This document shows, in pieces, positions 26,676 through 37,856 of a stretch of DNA of 64,000 nt; positions within the stretch are counted from its first letter, which is position 1, and each line of letters starts with the position of its first letter. The notes under the pieces were generated by a model that had not been told where the DNA came from, did no database searches, and saw only the letters and a program-made list of their open reading frames with translations. The position numbers and the translations under genes were made by a program. The stretch comes from Octopus vulgaris (taxonomy: Eukaryota): assembly GCA_951406725.2 (NCBI GenBank), contig OX597833.1, positions 28,334,001 to 28,398,000 on the forward strand, given 5' to 3'.

Positions 26676-29600
26676 TAGAAACCACAACACCAGGAATGTG
26701 TAGAGATGTAAAGCATGATGCATATAAGGTACCTCATCTAGTCCTCTCATTTGTCTGTCAGTTATCTTTAGAAACTTTCAGCTTCTTAGTGTATCTTACT
26801 CACACCACTTCATACCATTTCCTAATTATATTCTCATTTGCACTCATGTACCCACAATATACACTGATACACTCATGTATTTTCATATACACTTACACAT
26901 GCATGGCTCTTTATATAGCCATTATCACCATTGCTGCAATGTAATTTTTTTTATGCATACATACACAAGCATATACATAGACATTCACATACATACATGT
27001 ACACCCTGCTGTGTCCAGTCTTCATAACTTTTCACTCCTCTCCATTAACCAGGTATAGTTTATATTGGCCATTAGTTGTATATCAAGGATGTCTGAGGAT
27101 GTATGTATTGTAAGACTATATTTGTGAGAGTGTGCAAAAATCATTTTACACATGTGCACATTATTTAAACTGATCACAATAAGGATTTTAGTTGATCCGA
27201 TAAACAGAACAGCCTGCTTGCCAGATTAATGTGCAAATGGCTGAGTACATCTCAGACATGCATACCTTTAACATAGTTCTCAGGGACATTTAACATGATA
27301 TGGAATGTAACAAGACTGGCTCTTTGAATTAGAGGTACAACTCATTTTTGCCAGCTGAGTTGACTGGAGCAATGTGAAATAAAGTGTCTTGCTCAAAGAT
27401 ACAACACGCTACTGGGAATCAAACTCATGACCATAGGATCATGAGCTGAATACCCGAACCATTAAGCTACGGCCTTCATATTATTGTATGTGTTTAGGGC
27501 ATATGTATGAGTGTATGCATATGCACACACACATATGCTGGGAGTATATATGTGGACCCTATTATCATAAAAAAAACACTCTCTGCACACACTTTAAATC
27601 CATTACTACTGTGTTTTAAGTGTTTTTTAATTGTATCTTACATTGTTATACACACACACACACACACACACACACATGAGCACAGCACTTATAGGACATA
27701 TGCATACAAACATTGATTCTGTATAACAATGTATATTAAGTACTTGGATTGATATGATCATGTAAAACACTTGAAGACAGTGTTTCAGGATGGCTGCTAT
27801 CCAATGACTGATACAAATAAAAGACTAAATGTAGCACACACATAAAATGCATTATAGAAGACCATAGTCCCTGATCTAAGTAGGTATGTGAATATATGGT
27901 ACCTCATCTGCTCCACTCATTTGTCTGTCAGTCATCTTTTTTTCTTATTGGTTTGTTTAGTTTTTGTTTTAAAGGTGGTCTGACAGTCCACTCAATTCAG
28001 AAGTTTGCTTCACAACCACAAGGTGCTGTGTTTGATTCCACTGCATGTTCTTTGGACAGGTATTTTCTACTTCAGCCTGAGGGTGAACAAAGCTTTGTAA
28101 GTGGAATTTAGTAGACACTAACAATGCAAAAGTTAACGCTGTATGTATGTGTATGTATACACTCACACACATGTATATATATTCGTAATAGTGAACAAAT
28201 GAAAAAAGATAACGTAACCTAAAGAGGACTTTTTAGTCTTTCTGGGGAAAGTCAGCCTCTATAATGTTGGTGAAATGATAAAATGTTCCCAGTGCACTCT
28301 GTAAAGTAGTTGGTAACAGAAAGGGTATGGTACAAAGACCAAGCCAAATAAAAACTTATTCAGTTCATGATGGCCCATCCAATGCATGTTAGCCTGGAAA
28401 AAACATGTAAAATGATGATGTGCATCGTTTTACCTATTCAAATAAGTGTGTCAACAAAAATAACTTGGTATATATTTAAAAAGTCTGTTATAACCATGTA
28501 GTTCTGAGTTTGATCCCACTGTGTAGTATCTGGGGCAAGTGTCTCCTAACAAAACCTTGGTTAGCTAATGCCTTGCAAGTGAAATTTGGTAGCTGGAGAC
28601 TGTCAGCCTCTTCTACATGTATGTGTGTATATATGTGCTTGCTTTGTATACTGGTGACAGGGGGAGAATGAGAGAGAGAGATGACATGTGGTTAGGTAAG
28701 CTGCAGGAATGAACTTTTAATCTTCATGTTATATCAGGTGTAAAAAAAAACAAAAAAAACAATAAATCCAAAATATACCCCAAACATTGAATCACTGGTC
28801 ATTTTATACACAGTTGTTTCACAGAATCTTTTTGTCTTATGTAGATAGTCTAGTTATTAAGTTATGGAAACATGAACAGCTGACATATTTTAAGAGCTGT
28901 TGCTGTTTACCATCAGGCCAACCACAACCATCTTGTCTATCTGTTTATCTAGGACATTTTTTTCACTGCATCCTTCCTCTTTTAAGTATGTGTGTAGCAT
29001 GAGGGAGATTTGGTTGTGATTTTCAGAAGGTTGGAGTGACTATAGAGGTTCCTTCATTAGATCATGTAAGTGTAGGGTAGTTTGTGGGTGACTCACTTTG
29101 TAAATGTAGCTTATCTTAGAGTGATGCAGTCAAAATGTTCTTTAAACTGGATGGGTAACCATAGTGATGGCATGTAGAAAGGATGCTTGTTTAAAAAAGT
29201 TTGTTGAGGAGGTGAATAACGAGTTTGAGTGCAGTTGAGGGGGTAAGTAAGTAAGATGTAATGGCTTGGAAAACACTGGTTTGCACCCTTTGTATACACA
29301 TATATATGTGCATAGATGTGACATGTATGCACATGTGTTGTTTGTACATAGTATAGTTTTGTGTAGGGGGAATACAATGTTGCGTGTGTATAAAAAGTTA
29401 GCTGCAAATAACTCTTTGCAGCAGATTGAAAGAGAAAGAGGTAGGGGTGCAAACAAAAATAATGTAGGCAATTTCATATTTAGGATGTTGACAGTTGATG
29501 TTTGATTTTATATATATGTTGTTTGGATTCTGTCCAAAATTCTCAGACAAGAGTAGACAGCTGCACCAGATGTTCCAGGTTCCGTCACAGGTAATGGCAG

Positions 29601-30624
29601 GAGATATAGGGAGTGGAGTATGTAAAAACTGCTGAAATGATGCCCTTGGCTCACTATTGAATATATGTAGGTTTTTGTTATAAATACCACTTAGAGATGG
29701 AGATGGAGGAGCATGCCATTACCCTCACCACCATCATTACCACTGCGAGCTAATGGAGGAAGCCTCTCTACTGTTATTTGACCTGCTAGAAATAGCAATC
29801 AAATCAACTTCAAATTGCACATTTTCTAGTTAGTAAAGGTAAGACGTGTAGTCCTAGATATATGGATGGTCATAGGTGGAATGCTCCTGATCATAGAGGT
29901 GCTCTATCATTTTTACCTAGTGCTAAACAGCGTCATTACCGTGAGTGTTACTAACCATCACTACCACCACCAACATAACTTCTATCATCACCACCATTTC
30001 ATTATCGTAATCATTTTTGTGCCATTTGGTGTTGATTGGCTAATATTGGTTGGATTCAGGTGAGTGGATGAGTAGAGTAGAAAGCAGTCATGAGAGTGTA
30101 AAGTGAATTTTACTCCTTGGCCGTTTTCTTGCTTTGAAATCATCATCCAAACATCCATGTGATACAGTGGTTTCATACTTCTCTGTTCTGAGTTCAAATC
30201 CAGTCAAGTTAACTTCCAGCCTGTTGTCCCGTTTTGTTGGTAGAATAACTCTTATCACCTTCACAACTATCTTTACCTCCACAAGGAGAGCTTTTATGTT
30301 GTTGATCATACCTGACTACCTTAATAAAAGTCTTATTGTATATTGTAGTTTAGCCCTTTGTGAAGATGTGCATTGTCCTTGAGCAAGACACTTTATTTCA
30401 CATTGCTGCAGTCCACTCATCTGACAAAATGAGTTGTACCTATATTTCAAAGGGCCAACCCTGTCACATTCTGTGTCTTGCTGAATCTCCCTGAGAACTG
30501 TGTTAACATTACGCATGTCTGTGGAGTGCTTAGCCACTTGCACATTTTCACAAACAGGCTGTTCCATTGATTGAATCAACTGGAACCCTCGTTGTTGTAG
30601 CCAATGGAATGTCAGTTGGTTAGT

Positions 30625-30853
30625 TTAACCCCTTAGCATTTAAACTGGCCATATCCAGCCAAACATTTTCTATTTGTTTTATGTTCAAACTGGCCAGATT
30701 TAGCCTCTGACATCTACTGTATAACGTCATTCTAAAAATAAGCAATCACATCATTGAAATCTCAGAGCTATGAGATAATGCATGATAAATTCAAACCAAT
30801 GTGAGTAAATAAGCATTACATTTGACAGAGTAATCTGAATGCTAAAGGGTTGA
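30625..30853. mobile_element. piggyBac-type MITE (~225 bp); further copies 822-1037, 5877-6054, 18803-19005, 35460-35678, 49607-49826
   Basis: TTAA-CCC(T)TTAGCATT...AATGCTAAAGGG-TT(A)A termini and a shared internal sequence. Confidence 0.75.
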
Positions 30854-31409
30854 AGAAGTTCAACAGGGCTGTCATGGTTGGAGCATCTTTGATCATTATA
30901 CTGATCAGAGTTAACCCAGAGCAAAATAGCATCAATACTGTTGTTGATGTTGTGGTCTCTCCAGTAAAAACTTGTTGTTTTGAGATTTGAAACTTATGGA
31001 GAACTTAGCCATGAGGACAGTGCCTCTGGCAAGATTGGTAGAAAAATTTGCAGGTCATTTGGAATTTGATTCCATATCAAAAAATAACTGCTCCAGTGAA
31101 GCCAACAACAATCATCATCTTGCTCCATTATTATTATTATCATCATCATCATCATTATTATTATTAAGGCGGCAAGCTGGCAGAATCATTAAGAATCATC
31201 AGAACTCAGAAACATTCTTTCTGAGTTCAAATTCCACCAATGTCAGCTTTGCCTTTCATCCTTTCGGGGTCGATAAATTAAGTACCAGTGAAACATGGAT
31301 CTATGTAATCAACTAGTTCCCTTCCCTGAAATTTCAGGCCTTGTGCCTTTCGTAAAAAGGATTATTATTATTATTATTATTGTCGTCGTCGTCGTCACCG
31401 CTGCCGCCG

Positions 31410-32221
31410 CTGTTACAAAGGGTTTGCCTCTTTGACATGGCCAGAACAATCCGGAAAGTGTTAGATAGCTGAAAAAAATGAATTGCATGGTGCCATAGGC
31501 TTGCATGTATAGCAAACCTGATATACTTGCTAGACTCCAGGAGATCCAACAAAACCTGTGATAAAGAGAAATAATAATGGTAATAATAACAACAATGGTT
31601 TCTAATTTTGGCACAAAGCCAGCAATTTTGGGGAAGGGGTTAAGCTGATTGCATCAACCGAAGCTGGTACTTATTTTACAGACCCCAAAAGGATGAAAGG
31701 CGAAATTGGACTTGATGGAATTTGAACTTTGAATGTGAAGACTGACAAAATGTCACTAAGCATTTTGCTTGGCATGCGTATAATTCTGTCAGCTCACCAC
31801 CTTAATAACGACGACGACGACGTCGTCAAGGTGGTGAGCTGACAGAATCATACGCATGCTAAGCAAAATGCTTAGTGACATTTTATCAGTTTTCACATTC
31901 AAAGTTCAAATTCCATCAAGTCCAGTTTCGCCTTTCATCCTTTTGGGGTCTGTAAAATAAGTACCAGCTTCGGTTGATGCAATCAGCTTAACCCCTTCCC
32001 CAAAATTGCTGACTTTGTGCCAAAATTAGAAACCATTGTTGTTATTATTACCATTATTATTTCTCTTTATCACAGGTTTTGTTGGATCTCCTGGAGTCTA
32101 GCAAGTATATCAGGTTTGCTATACATGCAAGCCTATGGCACCATGCAATTCATCTTTTTCAGCTATCTAACACTTTCCTGATTGTTCTGGCCATGTCAAA
32201 GAGGCAAACCTTTTGTAACAG
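31410..32221. repeat. Long inverted repeat: 394-bp arms, 24-nt spacer
   Basis: 31410-31803 is the reverse complement of 31828-32221, with about 9 substitutions counted by eye. Confidence 0.95.
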
Positions 32222-32310
32222 TTCTACTGGGCACTCTATTCCAATTTCCTTTATATTCCCTCTTGATGCCTTCTGATACTGTTCCCAAGGACCCAACAAT
32301 AAATTCACCT
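32050..32310 (-). mobile_element. R4/Dong-like 3' end (duplicated inverted at 31410-31580; another remnant at ~19560-19745)
   Basis: IVGSLGTV...IGIECPVELLQKVCLFDMARTIRKVLDS* then tgtgataaagagaaataataat. The 19.6-kb copy reads KIVLGTAHIL.KALS. Confidence 0.7.
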
Positions 32311-32761
32311 TTTTCTATTATTATTGTTGGTGGTGGTAGCAGTATAGTTGGAGTAGTAGTAGTAGTAGCTGCAGCAGCAGTATTACTACCTACTACTACC
32401 AGTGTATTCATGTATTCATCTCATCATCATCATTTAATGTCCATATTCCTTGCTGGCATGGGTTGTATGGTTTGACAGGGTGGATTCAAAATATCAAATC
32501 CTTGTTACCTAGACTAATATTTTAACCAAGAGCCACCATTAAACTTAACATACCTTTAACTTTAAGTTAGAGTTATACATCACATATGTAAGTGTATGTA
32601 TGTGTGTGTGTATGTATGTATGTATATATATATATATATAAGAAAATAGTAAAGAGTGAAAAAACGACAGAATATATATATATATTTGCGTCAATATGTC
32701 TGGAGAATATTGGAAAAAAATTTTTTCCCCTTCTTATAATGACATAATTTTACAATTTTTA

Positions 32762-32800
32762 AAGAAAGACCGGTTTCGCATTTAGCTCTTCAAATTTCTT
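32762..32800 (-). ncRNA. Minimal hammerhead motif, mirror copy in the left pLTR
   Basis: Exact reverse complement of 33969-34007. Confidence 0.75.
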
Positions 32801-32935
32801 GCGACGTAATGTTTATCTTTAATAGCGTTATCCTTGTTTTTTTGCTACGGAGAGTTCTAAAAAGGGAAGGTAGTGCGTGATTTCTTCCGGTGTAAGGGAG
32901 ATAATCGCTTAAAAAAATTTTTTTTCCTTTTTCTC

Positions 32936-33727
32936 TTAGTGTGAATTTCTCTGTATTATTATGTTTGGATAGTTGAGTCTGGGTTTGTACTTTTCAATGA
33001 AGAATGTTTCCTTGTTTAGTCTAATTTGTGTTGATGATCCGAAAGCACATTGGTAAAATGGAAAGATTAAAAATTGTGGTTGTAGTTGCTTTGCGCATTT
33101 CTCAATGTGCTCACTAAAAGGTATCATTCTATATTCTGGGAATGCAATCTGTTGTCGATGCAGTGTGCATCTACGTCTGAGTGATAGTCCCATGGACCCC
33201 ACGTAGTCTTGGTGGCAGCCCGAGCATTTTATGACATAAATTATGTTTTCAGAGGCACAAGTAAAGTTAGATTTGATCTTGAATTTCTGTCCCTCTTTAA
33301 AGAAGAATTCTGATCCTTCTAGTAGGTTAGGACATGTTGCACAGTTCGATCTACCACATTTTTTTACTTTTGCATCCGTAATTTCAGAAGATAATTTTGC
33401 CTTTGTGAGAATCTTTTTAAGTGATTTAGGCTGTTTGTAGCTTTTAATGATTTGGTGTATGTTTAGAATTTCCTTTAATTTGGGGTTTTTATGAAGTATT
33501 GGTAAATTCTGGGTGATGATGGTGAAAGCTTCTTTGTTTCTGGGGTTGTATGTAGATATGTAAGGTAGTATTTTCGGGGAAGGTGTGTTGTTGTGTTGAA
33601 CTTTTCTTAAAGTTTCTATGTTGATTTCTGTTGCACGTCTGATCCCATCCTCTATGAGTTGAGCTGGGTAATGTCTGTCAATTAAGGTGTTTTTGAGTTC
33701 TTGCAGTCTGAAGTTCCTGGTATTTTT
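32936..33727 (-). CDS. Penelope-like element C-terminal ORF: RT thumb, Cys-rich linker, GIY-YIG endonuclease (truncated)
   Basis: Uninterrupted frame: LIDRHYP...LPYISTYNP...KKCGRSNCATC...NIIYVIKCSGCHQDYVG...RRRCTLH...FSEHI...ETFFIEKYKPRLN. The first ~23 aa of the listed ORF come from the inverted arm. Confidence 0.88.
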   Translation of the reverse strand, partial: KNTRNFRLQELKNTLIDRHYPAQLIEDGIRRATEINIETLRKVQHNNTPSPKILPYISTYNPRNKEAFTIITQNLPILHKNPKLKEILNIHQIIKSYKQPKSLKKILTKAKLSSEITDAKVKKCGRSNCATCPNLLEGSEFFFKEGQKFKIKSNFTCASENIIYVIKCSGCHQDYVGSMGLSLRRRCTLHRQQIAFPEYRMIPFSEHIEKCAKQLQPQFLIFPFYQCAFGSSTQIRLNKETFFIEKYKPRLNYPNIIIQRNSH

Positions 33728-33968
33728 CGGATCATCAACACAAATTAGACTAAACAAGGAAACATTCTTCATTGAAAAGTACAAACCCAGACTCAACTAT
33801 CCAAACATAATAATACAGAGAAATTCACACTAAGAGAAAAAGGAAAAAAAATTTTTTTAAGCGATTATCTCCCTTACACCGGAAGAAATCACGCACTACC
33901 TTCCCTTTTTAGAACTCTCCGTAGCAAAAAAACAAGGATAACGCTATTAAAGATAAACATTACGTCGC

Positions 33969-34007
33969 AAGAAATTTGAAGAGCTAAATGCGAAACCGGT
34001 CTTTCTT
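33969..34007 (+). ncRNA. Minimal type I hammerhead ribozyme motif (pLTR)
   Basis: aagaaa-t-TTGAAGA-gc-taaat-gc-GAAA-ccgg-TC-tttctt: stem I, U3-variant core, short stem II, palindromic stem III, GUC cleavage triplet. Confidence 0.75.
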
Positions 34008-34933
34008 TAAAAATTGTAAAATTATGTCATCATAAGAAGGGGAAAAAAATTTTTTCCAATATTCTCCAGACATATTGACGCAAATATATATATTCTTTAA
34101 CATTTAAGCCTTCTGTCGTTTTTTCACTCTTTACTATTTTCTTATATATTCACCCACGTGCTTTCACAAACAAACTTTCTTATCTATATATATATATATA
34201 TATATTCACTGTAGTGGAGTGAGTTTAAAATTCAGATTAATCTATCTAAAACATTCTGGCATCAGTGAAATAATTTTGTTTATCGATTTGAAATTCAAAT
34301 TCAGTCTTTATTATTCTTTTGCTTTTGTTTCTGGTTTCAGTCACTGGACTGTGGCCATGCTGGGGCACCACCTTTAAGAGGTTTCAGTCAATCATATTCA
34401 CTCCCTCAATACTTATTTCAGTCTGCTACTTATTTCATTGGTCTCTGCTTCTTTGTTGGCTTAGTTTTCTTCTTTTTTTTTTTTACTCCATGAGGGAATG
34501 TAATTAACATAACTCAATACCTAAACACCACTAAATACTTTTATTCAGCATCAGTAAACACATACATACATAAACTTCACACACATACACACACACACTA
34601 AACTTGTGTACAGATTTGCTATCCAAATTTTATTCACAATTATTAGTCAATTTTCTTTAATTTCAATTCTCATTCAAGTTTTAATTAGTTTTTTTCTTGA
34701 TTGTGATAGTAATGTTGGGAAATTAATTGCTAATTAATTGATACACAAGCACACCTTCATTTTATCAAACACTAGAGCCATTTTTTTTAGTAACATATCT
34801 GTGTAAAAACAATGTGTTTTCTAGAATGTGTATCTGCAGAATATTTTGAGTAACACATCTTTGTAATATGTTTTCTAGTTCATATCTGTTGAAAGAGAAA
34901 TGTTTATATATAAATTATCTTGTGCTTTTGTAG

Positions 34934-35050
34934 GTGGACAGCCAGCCAGAGTATGGAGACAGTCGAGAAAGAGTTAAAACTTTCACATTTGACTATTGCT
35001 ATGACTCCTCAGGACCCCCAAGTATGCCAGGATATGCTTCCCAACAGTTG
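34934..35050 (+). CDS. STARD9: Kinesin-3 (STARD9/KIF16A-like) internal exon, VDSQPEYGDSRERVKTFTFDYCYDSSGPPSMPGYASQQL
   Basis: ttttgtag|GTG...TTG|gtgagt; 117 bp, phase 0/0. Resembles recalled vertebrate STARD9 VDNRPDGFGDSREKVMAFGFDYCY...YASQ. Confidence 0.9.
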
Positions 35051-36442
35051 GTGAGTTCAATACCTCATTAGTCTTTCTGGCACTAGTGTTTTTTTTGTTT
35101 TCTTGAATTATTTTTGATACTATATGCTAGCAAATGAGAATCCTAAGACTTAGTATTTAGTAATATGAAAATAATAAATATTTAGATGTTTGTGCATACA
35201 TATATGCAAAATGTTTCCTAAACTTCAAGATAGGATACTGCATGTATGGTATGTGAGCATGCATAACTGTGCATGCTCATATACCAACTGAGATTTTCTT
35301 GTACCTTATATCACATGTGATCATTGGCCATTTAATTATAATATTTATACAGTGTATTAAATATTCATTATATAATAAAGACTATAATGAACACTATATG
35401 CATGATGTTGACACAAATTATTCCCACAAAACAGCACATGAAACCTTGGATGGAGAGCTTTAACCCTTTAGTGTTTAAACCAGCTATGTCCAGCCCAAGT
35501 ATTCCACCTGCTTTGTGTTCAAAGTGGCCAGGTCTGGCCTCTCACACTTACCCTACAATATCATTCTATAGATAAGCAATCACATCATCTTAAAGCTACA
35601 AGGTAATGCATGGTTAGTTCAAAATAATGTGAAAAAACAAGCATTGCACTTGACAGCATATTCTGAAAGCTAAAGGGGCAAAAATCTCCTTTTTTTTTTC
35701 ATTGCTCTTTCTGAAAATTTTAAAATGCAGAGTTTCAATTTTTTCTGATTTAAAAAAAAAATTGAAGAAAAAATAAATTTTCATTAGCTTCTAAATATCT
35801 GATCTTCAAAACATAAAAAATATTGAAAAAATACTTTTCTTTTAAAAAAAAATGCATAATAGAATACTGGCTTTACAGTAGGCATACACTGAAGTTCAAA
35901 GGTCACGTTTGATTTTGCTTTTTGCTTCATTTAGAATGCATGAACTTTTTTTTAATGTGTTTTATACAGCAATTATAATAAATTTGACTAAATGTCTCTT
36001 TTTATATCCATGTAAAAGTGAAAAGCCAGTGTGTATAATGAGTTATATTTTCTAAACTTCATCCCCATATTTGGGAGTATGCTCTATACATACATATATA
36101 TATATTATACACAAATATATACAGTAGCTTGGTCTGTGTGTGTTACTCTAATTTAATTATGAAGATACAACTGTCTGTCTGTCTGTATGTTACTAGTTTT
36201 TGCAAGATGATGATGTAGCCATGTTTGTCTGCATATCTTTATGTACATCACCATAATACAGCTTTTTTTATGGAGAAATGATGATGGAGCTATTTGTATG
36301 AAGAAAAGTGTCAACCAACAGATGTGTGCATGTGTGGTTTATTGTGTTGTTGGTGTTTTGAATTGTTTTAGTTACTGGAATATGTTGAAATCTATACTTT
36401 ATTAACTTTGACCTCTCTTGAACTGACACACTATATACACAT

Positions 36443-36483
<41 letters not shown>

Positions 36484-37267
36484 AGTATGACTGTGTACAC
36501 ACATCACACCATATACGTTTGCACATACACATGCATAAACACACACCTTATGTACATGTATATGCATATAAACACACAGACACGTACAGAAAGAGTCAGA
36601 GAAAGGTAGATTGGTAATTCATAAGTATTAGATATAATCAGCCAGCATTACATAGAATTAAATGTGGATTTTGTGTGATAAGCATTATCTCTATTGGATT
36701 AGAGAAAACACTTTGGTGTAAGGTGGTGTTGGTTCAATCTGTTCCTAGTGCTGTCTGATATGATGTTCTGTTACCACATCCATGGAGTGGGGTGATGTAT
36801 GTAAGTTAAGGTAGTGTTGACATATTTGATGCTGAGAGTATTAAAAAGATAACTTGAAATATTTTTGCAGTGTAGAATAAAGAATATTAGTGAATGATTA
36901 ATATTATTTTCATTTTTCCTTTTGGGGTTAATAAAATAAGTACCAGTTGAACCCTGGGGTTGATGTAATTAGCTTAACTCCTCCCCTGAAATTACTGGTC
37001 TTGCTCCAAAATTTGAAACCAATATTATTTTTATTTTATTTTTTTTGAGAAATATTTTTCTTTTGTTTTTACACATTTCAGTCATTTGCTGGAGCACGCC
37101 TTCAAGAATTTTAAGTTAAATGAATTGATGCCAGTACTTTTTTTTTTAAGCCTGATACGTACTCTTCCAGTTTCTTTTGCTGAACCCCTAAATTATAGGA
37201 ACATAAGCACACCAACACCGGTTGTCAAGTGGTAATGGGGGATAAACAAACATAAAAACACACACCA

Positions 37268-37660
37268 AGCATGGCTGTATGGTAAGAAGCTTGTTTCCCA
37301 ACTGCATGGTTCTTGGTTCAGTCTCACCGTGTGCTACATTGGGTAAGTGTCTTCTACTATAGCCTCAGGCCAACCAAATGTTTTGAGTGGATTTGGTAGA
37401 TGGAAACTAAAACAAGCCTATCATATGTATGTGTATATGTATATCTACATGTGTTTGTGTCCCTCATCACCACTAGACAAGTGGTGTTGATGTGTTTGTG
37501 TCCCTGTAATTTAGTGGTTCAGCAAAAGAGACCGGTAGAATAAGTACCGGGCTTAAAAAATAAGTGCTGAGGTTGATTCATTCGACTAAAAAATTTTCAG
37601 TGTGGTGCTCCAGCATGGCTGCAGTCTAATGACAGAAACAAGTAAAAGATAAAAAGAAAA
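37268..37660 (+). mobile_element. Composite tRNA-derived SINE (second family); copies ~3710-4115(-), 39335-39660(+), 44755-45165(-), 46355-46730(-)
   Basis: gcatggctgtatggtaagaagc...ggttcagtc head, gggtaagtgtcttc core, tail ccagcatggctgcagtctaatgacagaaacaagtaaaagat. Confidence 0.75.
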
Positions 37661-37681
37661 AAAAGATTGTATATATATATA

Positions 37682-37856
37682 GTTCCACGTTCAGTCCCAT
37701 TGCATGGCACCTTGGGGAAGCATCTTCAATACATACATATGTATGGGCTTCTTTCATTTTCCATCTACCAAATCCAATGACAAGGCTTTAGTCAGCCCAA
37801 CATTATTCTTGAAGATGCTTCCCCAAGGTGCCATGCAATGGGACTGAACGTGGAAC
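37682..37856. repeat. Perfect 48-bp inverted repeat
   Basis: 37682-37729 is the exact reverse complement of 37809-37856. Confidence 0.92.

Larger units (their letters stand above)
32635..34148 (-). mobile_element. 5'-truncated Penelope-like retroelement with inverted pseudo-LTRs
   Basis: Near-identical inverted arms 32635-33044 and 33725-34148 flank an RT-thumb/GIY-YIG ORF; (TA)n on both sides; a hammerhead motif in each arm. Confidence 0.9.

Noticed and set aside
29547-29590. Possible small exon (ctcag|...cag|gtaatg)
   Set aside because: Weak pyrimidine tract and no homology; cannot be supported without transcripts.
33728-33796. N-terminus MSLGLYFSMKNV... of the 286-aa ORF as a real start
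   Set aside because: It is antisense sequence from the inverted pLTR fused in frame by chance to the truncated PLE ORF.
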